A DNA stretch of 64,000 nucleotides from a virus. The DNA lies in IMG/VR virus record IMGVR_UViG_3300004481_000388, positions 1 to 64,000 of that record, one strand, 5' to 3'. Shown one piece after another: positions 1 through 9,462 of the stretch. The position numbers and the translations under genes are program-made. How positions within the stretch are numbered: the stretch's first letter is position 1; every line of letters starts with the position of its first letter. The notes below the pieces were generated by a model. It was not told the origin of the DNA and searched no databases. It was given only the letters and a program-made list of their open reading frames with translations.

Positions 1-788
1 GGCCTTGGGACGATGAGGATTCCCGCCTCTTTGAGATACCCCTAAATGAAAAGGACGCATCTAACTGGTTCTACCGAGCCACTGAACCTGACCCGAATAA
101 ACGCCGCTACATCTCCATCTTAGGAGAGCACGCGGCCTACCGTGGCGCTACGTCGCTAGGCATCCCTGCGTGGTATACCACTATCGCACGTCTTATGCCT
201 CTCACCGACTCTGAAACGTTCCTCGAATCCCAGCAAGAGAACGCTATGGCAGCATTCACCCGTGGGGGAACACAATCCTTTAACTACTTCCTCCGTGGCG
301 GAACAAGTGGCCCACTCCTTCACACTGTCCCCGTCCTTCTCACAGGCGCAGAGATAGGGCTTAACGTACAACCAGACCCCGTAGGGGGTGGATTCGAGTT
401 CAAACTCTACTCCCCCGTAGCTGGTGCCCCCTTCGATGACTCCCAACTTCTCCGTCGTTTATGGGCAGCAGCAGAGGGGTTGAACGGGTTCGGTAGTAGC
501 GCCTTATCCGTTCTCGAACTCTCACACGACGACCACCGAAAGCCCGAAAACACCATCACAGCTAATTTCATAAAGATGGTGACAGGGTTAACAGCACCCC
601 ACTTCCTACGCCCACAGGAGAACCCCCAAGCTACCCGCCTAAGATTCGTACAAGCTGAGATACAGGCTATTAAGAACGCCAATCGCCCACGTATCGTAGG
701 GGATTTAGTAGACCAACAAGAGATGGAAAGATTAAAAGAGGAGTTGAACGAACTCAACAAGACTAAAGAAAAGACTAAGAGCAAGTAA
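1..788 (+). CDS. 3' part of a gene entering from upstream of the window; hypothetical protein (C-terminal ~260 aa)
   Basis: Frame 3 is open from nt 3 to TAA 786-788. The listed ORF 195..788 is only the Met-initiated tail of it. Confidence 0.55.
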   Translation, partial: PWDDEDSRLFEIPLNEKDASNWFYRATEPDPNKRRYISILGEHAAYRGATSLGIPAWYTTIARLMPLTDSETFLESQQENAMAAFTRGGTQSFNYFLRGGTSGPLLHTVPVLLTGAEIGLNVQPDPVGGGFEFKLYSPVAGAPFDDSQLLRRLWAAAEGLNGFGSSALSVLELSHDDHRKPENTITANFIKMVTGLTAPHFLRPQENPQATRLRFVQAEIQAIKNANRPRIVGDLVDQQEMERLKEELNELNKTKEKTKSK

Positions 789-846
789 CTACTACCTCCT
801 AGCCCCGATATGCTATAATACCCATAATCACCTAGAAAGGATCGTA

Positions 847-1188
847 ATGCACTTAGCTACTTTACTACTTCAACCAGCCCCTCAGGACGTTATTCACATG
901 CAGCAAATAAACCTCATCATAACCATAACGGGCTTTATTATTCTCCTAGTGACTACCTTTGGCGGGTTCTACTATACACAAGGTAAGACGCAGGAAAAGA
1001 TAAACATACTAGCTGAGCAGTTGAAAGAAGCACATACCAGGATAGATAAACAAGCTATGATGATTACAGAACATGGTAACAACACACGCATTCACATAGA
1101 CCCTGAGAGGGATGAGCGTAGACTTGTAAGGATAGAGGAGAAGTTGGAGGAGTTGGTGAAATTGTTGATTGCTAAGTTTGGTGAGTAA
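847..1188 (+). CDS. small membrane-anchored coiled-coil protein, function unknown
   Basis: ATG lies 6 nt after AAAGGA. One TM helix (INLIITITGFIILLVTTFGGFYY) is followed by a charged helical region. Confidence 0.5.
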   Translation: MHLATLLLQPAPQDVIHMQQINLIITITGFIILLVTTFGGFYYTQGKTQEKINILAEQLKEAHTRIDKQAMMITEHGNNTRIHIDPERDERRLVRIEEKLEELVKLLIAKFGE

Positions 1189-1204
1189 GCTACGTAGACT
1201 TACA

Positions 1205-1221
1205 TGTAAACTTAGTTGACG
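1205..1221 (+). repeat. 17-bp phage repeat, type A copy
   Basis: TGTAAACTTAGTTGACG, 17 nt after the stop of 847..1188. Confidence 0.9.
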
Positions 1222-1256
1222 TTTCGTAGGTGTTATGGGTAGGCGTGATGGGTAGG

Positions 1257-1289
1257 AAAGAGAAAAAGCTGGTGAGTTTCCCCACCAGC
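1257..1289 (-). terminator. intrinsic terminator closing the leftward (minus-strand) arm
   Basis: Minus strand reads GCTGGTG-GGGAAACT-CACCAGC followed by TTTTTCTCTTT. It sits at the convergence point with the plus-strand genes. Confidence 0.6.
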
Positions 1290-1371
1290 CCTGAACGACA
1301 AAGAATGATTCTTGATCTGTTTGAACCAATCGTCTAATTGGTAGTATTATAGCACAAGGAGGGAGGGTGGG

Positions 1372-1683
1372 TCAAGGTTTGGCTAGATTATCTGCCTTAG
1401 TATACTTCTCTAAAAACTCCTCACACGTATCACTGTCTGCGAACTCTACACCCATCCACTCACCAGTCTCTCTACGCTTAAACACATACTGCACATACTC
1501 CTTGCTCGTACCTAATACCTTCACGTCTATACGTTTGTTATAGGGGTTTGATGGTTGTATGTACCACTCACTTCCTATAGGTATATATTTGCACGGGGAT
1601 AAATCATCAGCGACTCTATCTGCTATCATAAGTACACCTACCACCAATAACACGACCCCCACTATCATAAACACATATTCCAT
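1372..1683 (-). CDS. small membrane protein, hypothetical
   Basis: Part of ORF 1372..1716. Internal ATG at 1683 follows AAAGGAG. N-terminal TM helix FMIVGVVLLVVGVLMIA. Confidence 0.55.
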   Translation of the reverse strand: MEYVFMIVGVVLLVVGVLMIADRVADDLSPCKYIPIGSEWYIQPSNPYNKRIDVKVLGTSKEYVQYVFKRRETGEWMGVEFADSDTCEEFLEKYTKADNLAKP

Positions 1684-1716
1684 AACTACTCCTTTCTCTC
1701 TCCTACATTCTACCAC

Positions 1717-2076
1717 TCAAAAATCAATATCCTCAACCCCGCCCACTTCCCTACTCTCTACCTTCTCCCTAGGCGGTTTAGGCAACTTCTCCCACATCAC
1801 CCCTTTCCTCTCCAACTGTCTCCAATACTTCTTCACCATCCAATAGACCTCTCGCTTATCCACATCACTCCACGCTTCCCACCTCATCCTCGACATATAC
1901 TGCCCATAGTGCGAGTCCGTTTTATTAAACCCACGCTTATTCTCTTCCGTCGCGCCATCCTCGTCATCCTCGGCTAACAGGCGTAGGGCGTATAGGAGTT
2001 CTTGCCCTATATATTGCTTAGGGATGTAGTGAGTTTTCTCGTTACTCTCGTTCTTGTCTTGTTGTTTACCATTCAT
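1717..2076 (-). CDS. hypothetical protein
   Basis: 119-aa ORF. ATG preceded by TAAGGAG. Packed in the operon. Confidence 0.6.
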   Translation of the reverse strand: MNGKQQDKNESNEKTHYIPKQYIGQELLYALRLLAEDDEDGATEENKRGFNKTDSHYGQYMSRMRWEAWSDVDKREVYWMVKKYWRQLERKGVMWEKLPKPPREKVESREVGGVEDIDF

Positions 2077-2101
2077 CTCAATTCTCCTTAATTCTATAAT
2101 A

Positions 2102-2120
2102 TGCCATACTCAAGTCCATG
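2102..2120 (-). repeat. degenerate 19-bp phage repeat, type B-like
   Basis: Plus strand TGCCATACTCAAGTCCATG compared with TGTCATACTCAAGTTTACA at 21113. Intergenic. Confidence 0.3.
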
Positions 2121-2128
2121 TTCACATT

Positions 2129-2344
2129 CTATTCACACTCTATATGCCACTGAGTCTCCCCTCCTATCTTACATAACTCCTTACCACATATCGAACATAC
2201 AAACTCCTCATATACAGGAAACCCGCAGTGCATTTTTACTCCTATGTTAGTAGGTATGCCACATACTTGACAGTATGTGGTGTAGTTGTATGACTGGCAT
2301 GGTTCGTCTCGTGACTGGCATGGTTCGTCTCGTGAATCATTCAT
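2129..2344 (-). CDS. small Cys-rich (zinc-ribbon-like) protein with an internal 7-aa tandem duplication
   Basis: CQVCG...CSICG pairs. SRDEPCQ occurs twice, encoded by a perfect 2x21-nt repeat at 2291..2332. ATGA overlap with the polymerase stop. Confidence 0.55.
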   Translation of the reverse strand: MNDSRDEPCQSRDEPCQSYNYTTYCQVCGIPTNIGVKMHCGFPVYEEFVCSICGKELCKIGGETQWHIECE

Positions 2345-4203
2345 ACAACCCCTAACTCCCTCAAATCCACCTTCTTCATATCTTTATAATTTGGCCCTAC
2401 CTCTGCCTCTACGTCACACACCAGACCGTCTAATAACTCTACCGGGCGCATCATCTCCCCTACCACTACTCTCACACATTCCTCCCACAACTCTACCTGG
2501 CACTCGAACACAAGAGAGTCATGCACGTCTAGTATGTAGTAATACCGCTCTAACGCCCCCGTCTCCTCAAGGCGTATGAGAACGTCCTTCTTTACACTAA
2601 ACGCACAGTTAGCAGGGAGAAACGCCTTAGCCTTCTCAGCATCCTCACCACCTATTAACTCCCCTCGTTGGTTATAGGTCATCGCGTCGTGGAACCTTCT
2701 CATCGCGCCAAACGGACTAATCAAGTACCCCTGCTTATAGGCAAGTCTCGTTATAAACTCCTGGTAGTGGAAGATCGCCGGGAATAGCCTCTTCACCACG
2801 TCTATAATCCCCTGTGCGTGCGCCTTTGTAGGGAAGGAGTCGGGGTAGGTTTCGCTCATCTTGTTAGCACCCATGCCGAATCCCACGCCTAGGATAGTAG
2901 GCTTAGCTATCTTACTCCTCGTGTATGTATGATTGTTTTTGATCCATGATAACTTCCCCTTCAGTGTCTTATCATCGTAACTAATCCACAAATCCAACTC
3001 TTTTAGGTGTTCTATCGTCTCTTCTCGTAACTCATCCGTCAGCACCACACTCCCTCTATCCCCATCTACATACACCATCTTATGTATCTTATCTCTCAAG
3101 ATGTACGATGCCACATAGTCGTGTACCCCAAGACGCGATAGCCTCATATACTCAGGACAATCAGCGAGGTAGCCTAACATGAGAGCGTGATACCCTGTGA
3201 AGTCACAGTTCACCAATACCCGTCCCTCTCGCGCCCTAATACATCGCTTGAACTCGTCTGCATCTTCTGTATCACGAGGGATAACCTGTACATTAGGATT
3301 CCTAGAACTAAGCTGACCAGTGGCAGGCATAAAAGTAAAAGTAGAGTGAAGCCTGCCATCCTTACCGTTCGGCATATACCCTTCTGCATACGTACTCCTT
3401 AGCTTCCCTTTCTCCCTGAGCGTACGAATGAGAGAAAATATCGGGTCGTTTGTTTCCTTGTCTAACCTCGCAAGTTCGTCATCATCTAAGCTCTCCTTCT
3501 TCTCCTTGCCCTTTGCCGTCTTCTTAGTCTTCTCTCTTATATCATACCCACATGCCTTGACGTATTCTGTGAGTTGCTGAACACTAGCTGGGTTGAACGG
3601 ATAGACCTTATGTATCCACCCTATATTCCCTTCATCCACAAACCACTCATACTTACTCCCATCCTCTAACCTAGGCCACGTCTCGATCATCTCCCTAAAC
3701 CAGTCCTCGTATTCCCATATAAGCACAGGGTACTTAGCATCGCCATTAGTAGTAAACTCCTTCTTCAACCTTGTCTCACTCGTTGTCCCATTCTTATGCT
3801 TAGTCACCTTAACCTTCCCACTCATCTCCTTTAACTTCTCTGCTATACAATCAGGTAGCTCCTTACACACTACACGCTTTGTAAACTCCCTACCTAGCTC
3901 ACTCCCTCTAAAAGTGACGTGCTCACTAATATCCTCCCTCGTCAACTCCTCATACGCCATCAACCTATACTTGAACTCCTCCAATGCTTCTACGTCTATT
4001 GGTAGCCCCCTCCTTGTCATATCATCCACTATCCCACTAAGCCTAAAGACGTGATTAAACCAGCCCCCAGTAGTCACGTTATCCATATCTCTACGTATCC
4101 TACGTGGGACATCAGGGGAGAGGGTAGTAGAGGAGAGGGGGTTGAGTTTAATGGAGGATTGTGAGGAGTGCGAGGATTGTTTGTGGAATTTTATTTTAAT
4201 CAT
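2341..4203 (-). CDS. family A DNA polymerase, polymerase domain only
   Basis: 620 aa. Motif B-like RSKIAKPTILGVGFGMG, motif C VHDSLVFE, motif A region VNCDFTGYHAL. No exonuclease motifs in this ORF. Confidence 0.8.
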   Translation of the reverse strand: MIKIKFHKQSSHSSQSSIKLNPLSSTTLSPDVPRRIRRDMDNVTTGGWFNHVFRLSGIVDDMTRRGLPIDVEALEEFKYRLMAYEELTREDISEHVTFRGSELGREFTKRVVCKELPDCIAEKLKEMSGKVKVTKHKNGTTSETRLKKEFTTNGDAKYPVLIWEYEDWFREMIETWPRLEDGSKYEWFVDEGNIGWIHKVYPFNPASVQQLTEYVKACGYDIREKTKKTAKGKEKKESLDDDELARLDKETNDPIFSLIRTLREKGKLRSTYAEGYMPNGKDGRLHSTFTFMPATGQLSSRNPNVQVIPRDTEDADEFKRCIRAREGRVLVNCDFTGYHALMLGYLADCPEYMRLSRLGVHDYVASYILRDKIHKMVYVDGDRGSVVLTDELREETIEHLKELDLWISYDDKTLKGKLSWIKNNHTYTRSKIAKPTILGVGFGMGANKMSETYPDSFPTKAHAQGIIDVVKRLFPAIFHYQEFITRLAYKQGYLISPFGAMRRFHDAMTYNQRGELIGGEDAEKAKAFLPANCAFSVKKDVLIRLEETGALERYYYILDVHDSLVFECQVELWEECVRVVVGEMMRPVELLDGLVCDVEAEVGPNYKDMKKVDLRELGVV

Positions 4204-4204
4204 A

Positions 4205-4372
4205 TTAACGAGGTGTTACGGCCTTTAGTATAGCCACTAATAGAATAATAACAGCAGCGCCGATACAGCTAACCAGCCCCACCATACCTAATGCTATAGT
4301 AATAAGATTGGTTATTAGCTTATCTATCTGTGCCAAGTTCTCGTTCAATGTATTAAATTCATCTGGTGTCAT
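4205..4372 (-). CDS. 55-aa single-pass membrane protein between the two polymerase genes (below the ORF-track size cut-off)
   Basis: ATG 4370-4372 to TAA 4205-4207. Product MTPDEFNTLNENLAQIDKLITNLITIALGMVGLVSCIGAAVIILLVAILKAVTPR. Confidence 0.45.
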   Translation of the reverse strand: MTPDEFNTLNENLAQIDKLITNLITIALGMVGLVSCIGAAVIILLVAILKAVTPR

Positions 4373-4376
4373 AATA

Positions 4377-4393
4377 TGTAAACCTAGTTGACG
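4377..4393 (+). repeat. 17-bp phage repeat, type A copy (opposite to local gene orientation)
   Basis: TGTAAACCTAGTTGACG, between the exonuclease gene stop and the 55-aa ORF. Confidence 0.85.
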
Positions 4394-4399
4394 TTTTCC

Positions 4400-5563
4400 T
4401 TATAGCCCCATAATCCCCAGTTCCTTGCACCTCTTTAACAAGGGTTCATAAATCCACCACAACGAGTCCACGTCCACAGCCCCGTAAAACTCAGGGTGCT
4501 CACTTGAATAATGTTTCCAAGGGAACGGGAAGGAGAAGAACGACGCGCTATATTGCAACCCCGCAGGTAAATCCCCCTGATACCAGTGCCATAGAGTCAT
4601 CAAGTCCCAGTCCTCCCCTTCTATCCTCACATCTGCACGGTTGAGAATGGGTTTATCAAACCTCCACCCGTTCCACGATAGCTTACGGTTAGGCCCACCC
4701 ATTAGCCTACGTATATCGGGAATATACTCGTCACTCCACGGTACCACTACCCCGCGCCTTTTCCCTTGAGAGAACTGAAACTGTGTGATCTTATCCACAC
4801 TACTATCTATCTCCTCTTCGTCCTCTGTCTTAATACTTTCACTTGTTTCAATATCGTAGGCCACTAGGGTATCTACACGAGAGAGGGCGTCACTAACAAG
4901 GTGACTGAACTCCAAAGGACTAGGATTAAGAATATAATCGTTGGTGTATTCCTCGAATGGATCAATAACATATCTCTCCCCACGTACGGCGCGTCCTTGT
5001 GCCACATCAAGTGCGAGTTTTATATCCTCACCTAACACGCCAAGTAGTTCCTTATTCCCTCGTGCTATGAAGGATGGGTGATAGGACGGCACAACAGGGA
5101 GTTGATACCTCTGACTCCAAAGTACATACCCCCTTAGTATACTCACCGTCTTTTTCTTTCCTACCATCCCAGTTAGGTACTTCAACGCTAATCCACCTAG
5201 TGCTATTAGACAATTAGGCTTGTATTTCTCTACTTCTTTATCTAGGTATTGGGAGCAATGAGTAATAGCTACTATTTCATAGGGCATTTTCTCTAGTAAG
5301 TTATTGGGGGGTTGGCAGCGACATAAATTAGTAATGCTAAGGTCACGTCTTGATACTCGCTGGTTAGCAAGAGCGCGTTCTAATACACTACCTGCTTGAG
5401 CATAAGGGCGAAAGGGTAGTCCATCCCTCTTCTCATTATCCCCACTTGCTTCTCCTACTATCATAGCACGTAGAGAGCCTGTACCCTCGACTGCTGTAAA
5501 ACCATTTGTATATTTATCAAGTGGGCAACCTTGACAGGTACTAGGATGAGGATTCAGTGCCAT
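4400..5563 (-). CDS. family-4 UDG-like domain fused to a DnaQ-type 3'-5' exonuclease (proofreading half of a split PolA)
   Basis: N-terminus: CQGC, GEASGDNEKRDGLPFRP, CRC, HC, HPSF (UDG family 4 / Fe-S pattern). C-terminus: Exo I YDIETSE, Exo II NGWRFD, Exo III YGAVDVD. Confidence 0.75.
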   Translation of the reverse strand: MALNPHPSTCQGCPLDKYTNGFTAVEGTGSLRAMIVGEASGDNEKRDGLPFRPYAQAGSVLERALANQRVSRRDLSITNLCRCQPPNNLLEKMPYEIVAITHCSQYLDKEVEKYKPNCLIALGGLALKYLTGMVGKKKTVSILRGYVLWSQRYQLPVVPSYHPSFIARGNKELLGVLGEDIKLALDVAQGRAVRGERYVIDPFEEYTNDYILNPSPLEFSHLVSDALSRVDTLVAYDIETSESIKTEDEEEIDSSVDKITQFQFSQGKRRGVVVPWSDEYIPDIRRLMGGPNRKLSWNGWRFDKPILNRADVRIEGEDWDLMTLWHWYQGDLPAGLQYSASFFSFPFPWKHYSSEHPEFYGAVDVDSLWWIYEPLLKRCKELGIMGL

Positions 5564-5697
5564 ATAGTAATTGTATGCTATTTGCTACTTCAGTGTTTGA
5601 TTGTGCTAATGCTATACCTGTTAGGATTATTACTCTAGCTGTTTTGGATTCAGGTAACGTTTGGCCTACATGCTTCTTATAGAATTTTAGTGCAGTT

Positions 5698-5961
5698 TTA
5701 TATTTGTGGGTTTACCTCACCACAATCTAAACACATCACATTCCTCCCATAGTTCCTCAATGTATTATGAGTACAGCCAGAGCAAGAATGTGTATAGGTA
5801 ACAGTAGGAAGTACGATAGAAGAGTCACTATGTAACTCCTTCATGCCATACCACAAGTTCTCCAACATCTGCGCTGTCCATTCATTAGGATTGAGATTGA
5901 ACTCCTCGGTTAAGTCTGAGATGACAGCACGTATACGGTTAGCTAGTTCTTGTTTAGTCAT
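5698..5961 (-). CDS. hypothetical Cys-rich protein
   Basis: Part of ORF 5698..6021. ATG at 5961 follows GGAGGTGGGG and avoids overlap with the dut stop. CSGC...CLDCG. Confidence 0.55.
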   Translation of the reverse strand: MTKQELANRIRAVISDLTEEFNLNPNEWTAQMLENLWYGMKELHSDSSIVLPTVTYTHSCSGCTHNTLRNYGRNVMCLDCGEVNPQI

Positions 5962-5974
5962 AACCCCACCTCCT

Positions 5975-6583
5975 TCACTCCCCACTACTCCCAAAACCCC
6001 TACCCCCCCTATTACTTCCACTCAACGCATCCCCCTCTCCCACCTCCGCGACCTCACACCTACTCGCTCTCTCAAGTATCAATTGCGCTATCTTCATCCC
6101 ATCCCTTACCTCTACCCACTCCTTCCCACAGTTCACCAACACCACCATCACTTCCCCACGATAACTGGGGTCAATCACCCCCCCAAGTACCTGCACCCCC
6201 TTACTCCCTAGTCCACTACGAGGGGCAACACGCCCATAAAACCCTTCTGGTATCTCCACACATATTCCAGTACGTACTCTTACTGGTTGGTTCTCTAGTA
6301 ACGCTAGACCCCACGTATCTACTGCATACAAGTCCAATCCTATGTCTCCCTCATTCGCGTACGCTGGGAGTTTCGCTTGAGAGTGAATACGCTTTACCTT
6401 AAGCGTTGGGAGTGGTGCTTCCTTACTACCCTCTACCCCTTTCCACGTCTCGTTAAGCGCCGCTACTCTAGCTTTCTCCTCAGGACTAATCTCCTTTGCC
6501 CTCTCCCAGTTCTCCTTCACCATCTCTACTCTCTCCTCACTACTCGCTAATACTACTCTTGGTGGTTTATTTCCTTGTGCCAT
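5975..6583 (-). CDS. dut: trimeric dUTPase with an N-terminal extension
   Basis: All five dUTPase motifs are present: DIGLDLYA, PRSGLGSKG, GVIDPSYRGE, KIAQL, RGGRGFGSSG. Confidence 0.9.
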   Translation of the reverse strand: MAQGNKPPRVVLASSEERVEMVKENWERAKEISPEEKARVAALNETWKGVEGSKEAPLPTLKVKRIHSQAKLPAYANEGDIGLDLYAVDTWGLALLENQPVRVRTGICVEIPEGFYGRVAPRSGLGSKGVQVLGGVIDPSYRGEVMVVLVNCGKEWVEVRDGMKIAQLILERASRCEVAEVGEGDALSGSNRGGRGFGSSGE

Positions 6584-6615
6584 AAATTTATCCTTTCCTT
6601 TTGTTGTATGTTATA

Positions 6616-6634
6616 TGTCAGACTCAAGTTTACA
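6616..6634 (-). repeat. 19-bp phage repeat, type B copy
   Basis: Minus strand TGTAAACTTGAGTCTGACA, 32 nt upstream of the dut start. Confidence 0.8.
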
Positions 6635-6645
6635 ATTTATACTTA

Positions 6646-9354
6646 CTACGCGAACCTTAACACACGGGGGTCACACTTCACCCTCTCAGCTAACAACTTC
6701 GGTGTCCCCTTAATCTTAATCCCCTCCAAATTCTTAGCCCTACTAAGCGCCACATATACCATCCCAGGACTTGTGAAGAAGTTATGCCCAATGTCCACCT
6801 GTATCTTCTCAAGACTCAAGCCTTGCGTATTATGAGTGACTATTCCGTTAGCTACGAATACGTGCTCATCCTCCACTGATATATCTATCATAGGAATGTC
6901 TATGCCAAGATCAGTTACGCTCTTGACGTTATCCCAGTCACCTCGTCTAAATAAGATACGGTTGGGATTTAGTTGCTCTAGCTTCTCCTTCTTATAAGGG
7001 CGTGAGAAGCCTACATAAGTCTTGAACGCATCCAACCCCTCTGCGTTAACCCTAATCTGGTAGTAGGGGTTAACGTCTCCTTGATACTCACTGCGTCTAG
7101 TTGGTATGCCTAATGACTCTAGTAATATCTGTACTTGAAGTGATAGACGCTTAGAGGATGTAGCGTATAGCACGTACGATCTACCCACGCTTCCATCAGT
7201 ATCAAACAAGCCACGAAGAAATGCACATACCCAGGACTTCTTCATAGTAACAGCAAAGGGTACTTCCTTATCTAGTCCTGTTACGTGCTTCAACCCTAAC
7301 CCTTCCAACCATTCTCTAAATGGTAGAGAGGTGGAATGTAACCCTCTATTGTCACCACGTATAGATACCTTTCTACCTAAGTCTCCGAATATACGTACTA
7401 CTTCTGCCTGTAGAAATGGGTCTATTGTAGCTATATGAAGCTGCCCCTCTTTCTTATCGGAGTAGTTACCATCACCTACTATTACCCCCAACAACCAAGC
7501 TATATCGTCTGTGATATTAGGTACGCTAGGGTGTGAGTTATGGATGAGGTTGTTCATACCAAACTGTCCTATACGAACCTTTACTCCTTGAGGTAGTTCC
7601 TTAGTAGGTATAAACCCTTCTGGCGTAAGTAATGGGTGTTCCCCACTACAGATAAGTTCAAATCCTGAATAGGTAGTTACGCGATATGCACGACGTAGGG
7701 TGTTAGTCTTGTCATACGCATTCTCCATTCCTCCTATTCCTGTCTGTACCTTATCTCCATTAACTAACTCACTAATAGGAATAAGCCCACGAGTGGTTAG
7801 CACAAGGGTTTCAGGGGCTACACACTTATGCACACTACTCGCATACGCCAACCTTAATGGCGTGAACAACACCTGCCCCTTCACATACTTCTTATTCATC
7901 GTATTGAGGTAAGGCTTCTCGTTCTCCCTATACTCCGGTTTCCCTTCCTTCCCCAACCGATCCAACGACTTCTCACTACATCCATACCAACTCTCTACCC
8001 ACTCACTCACAATATCCTCCCTTACTACTTGCCCCACTTTCACCCTAGACCCGTTCCTCGCCAGCTTCACCGTTGCTACCTTCTCCTCATCATCCCACGC
8101 CTCAAGCCAACCACAATCCCCGTTGGCGTATGAGAACCGAGGGGAGTCATTAGCTAGGATCATTACGTAACTTCCTATCTTCAAGTTAAGTTCGTAGGGG
8201 ATATTGTTCTTCCACTCGGTACTCTCCTTCCCCCCTACATACCACCTCTTACTCCCTATCTTCACCTTCTCCCCATCCACATTCATAAGAGCTACGTCGT
8301 TGAAGTTATCTACTAACCTATTCACTGGGAATATGGTAGTGCCATCAAACTTGCTATCTAAGTTATCACTAAACTCTACCCCCGCCTCTATCAAACACCT
8401 TACTCCCTCTTCCCCACGCCCCACGCGTATATGATTCAACGCGTCTAATAATAGCGGGTTACTCTGTCTCCACACCTTTGTTAACTTCACTGTGTTAGGC
8501 TCGAATAATTCCTCCCACGAATCTCCTTCAAACGCAAACTTCCCACTCATCGGGTCTTTATTATCCTTCACAGGAGGGAGTTGGAGGAAGTCACCAGTCA
8601 ACCCCAACACAAAAGGCTTCTTCCCCTCAGCATCACGATATTTGTTCATCTCCTTTACGGCTAGTATGATAGTCTCTAGTGCATCAGCCTCGAACATACT
8701 TACCTCGTCAAGTATGATCCCTCCTATCTTACTCCCAATACGTTCGAGATTACGTAGTAACTTCCCTCGAATATACGCGTCTTTGAGGGATTGTGTGTTG
8801 TAGAATCCAAGGCGTGAGTGAATCGTCGTCGTGCCTATATTCACCGCCGCTATCCCCGTAGAGGCTAGTAGTTCCACATCTGCCCCCCCTTCTATCCACT
8901 TATTTAAGAGGTAGGACTTACCACTCCCAGCCACACCCGTCAAAAAAGGCGTGTTCATATTGTTAAGCCGTGAGATCGCACCGTAAGTAGTAATGTTCCC
9001 CTCATCATCGTACTCTCTCGTATCTTCCCCACTCCCATCACACACGTACGTCGCAGGAGCTACCTCACTAACCCCTACTCGCGGCGTAAACCCTCCACCT
9101 ATATGCTCATACACATCAAAGGGCTTATCTACGTCTGGTGAAAACCCCCCCTTAATAATCTCCTCCAATTCCTCAGTAGTAACAGGATTGGTAGCCACTG
9201 GTGGGTTCTCCTCCAACTCCTTCTCCAACCCACGAATAATCGCCGCATCTTTGGCATCTAGTTCCAACTCCCCTATTGTCTTCTTACTTAACCTAATAGT
9301 CCCACCACCTCCCACGCTATCACTATCGAAACCATAATCATTCATGTCGCTCAT
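6646..9354 (-). CDS. SF1 (Pif1/RecD-like) DNA helicase interrupted by an intein
   Basis: Walker A GVAGSGKSYLL, Walker B IILDEVSMF, GDFLQLPPV. Motif V is split as SSVHK | intein | TQGLSLE. Also YVALSRAK. Confidence 0.85.
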   Translation of the reverse strand: MSDMNDYGFDSDSVGGGGTIRLSKKTIGELELDAKDAAIIRGLEKELEENPPVATNPVTTEELEEIIKGGFSPDVDKPFDVYEHIGGGFTPRVGVSEVAPATYVCDGSGEDTREYDDEGNITTYGAISRLNNMNTPFLTGVAGSGKSYLLNKWIEGGADVELLASTGIAAVNIGTTTIHSRLGFYNTQSLKDAYIRGKLLRNLERIGSKIGGIILDEVSMFEADALETIILAVKEMNKYRDAEGKKPFVLGLTGDFLQLPPVKDNKDPMSGKFAFEGDSWEELFEPNTVKLTKVWRQSNPLLLDALNHIRVGRGEEGVRCLIEAGVEFSDNLDSKFDGTTIFPVNRLVDNFNDVALMNVDGEKVKIGSKRWYVGGKESTEWKNNIPYELNLKIGSYVMILANDSPRFSYANGDCGWLEAWDDEEKVATVKLARNGSRVKVGQVVREDIVSEWVESWYGCSEKSLDRLGKEGKPEYRENEKPYLNTMNKKYVKGQVLFTPLRLAYASSVHKCVAPETLVLTTRGLIPISELVNGDKVQTGIGGMENAYDKTNTLRRAYRVTTYSGFELICSGEHPLLTPEGFIPTKELPQGVKVRIGQFGMNNLIHNSHPSVPNITDDIAWLLGVIVGDGNYSDKKEGQLHIATIDPFLQAEVVRIFGDLGRKVSIRGDNRGLHSTSLPFREWLEGLGLKHVTGLDKEVPFAVTMKKSWVCAFLRGLFDTDGSVGRSYVLYATSSKRLSLQVQILLESLGIPTRRSEYQGDVNPYYQIRVNAEGLDAFKTYVGFSRPYKKEKLEQLNPNRILFRRGDWDNVKSVTDLGIDIPMIDISVEDEHVFVANGIVTHNTQGLSLEKIQVDIGHNFFTSPGMVYVALSRAKNLEGIKIKGTPKLLAERVKCDPRVLRFA
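6829..7824 (-). mobile_element. 332-aa intein with a LAGLIDADG homing-endonuclease domain, inserted in helicase motif V
   Basis: Starts with Cys (CVAPETLVLT) and ends with VTHN followed by Thr. Block B is CSGEHPLLT. LAGLIDADG motifs are LLGVIVGDGNY and FLRGLFDTDGSV. Removing it restores VHK-TQGLS. Confidence 0.85.
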
Positions 9355-9384
9355 ATTCTTGTCCTCTCTATGTTATAAGTTAAA

Positions 9385-9401
9385 TGTAAACTAGGTTGAC
9401 A
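9385..9401 (+). repeat. 17-bp phage repeat, type A copy (opposite to local gene orientation)
   Basis: TGTAAACTAGGTTGACA, upstream of the helicase start. Confidence 0.85.
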
Positions 9402-9462
9402 CTCCATACCTCACGAAGCTTCACGAGCATCAACCTAGTCCTATTCCCCCTAATACTTCCCC

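Noticed and set aside
4204-4399. A group I intron or intein separating the exonuclease and polymerase halves of PolA
   Set aside because: The gap is only 196 nt. The upstream gene ends in a real stop and the downstream gene has its own ATG. The gap encodes a plausible 55-aa membrane ORF. No intein blocks or intron-like core are present.
5843-6402. Plus-strand P/S/T/L-rich ORFs antisense to minus-strand genes (for example 5843..6211, 5950..6402, 10705..11064, 10826..11134, 16988..17236, 22231..22773)
   Set aside because: Coding strands here are strongly purine-rich, so the antisense strand is pyrimidine-rich and poor in stop codons. The products are low-complexity, lack RBSs, and overlap well-supported genes.
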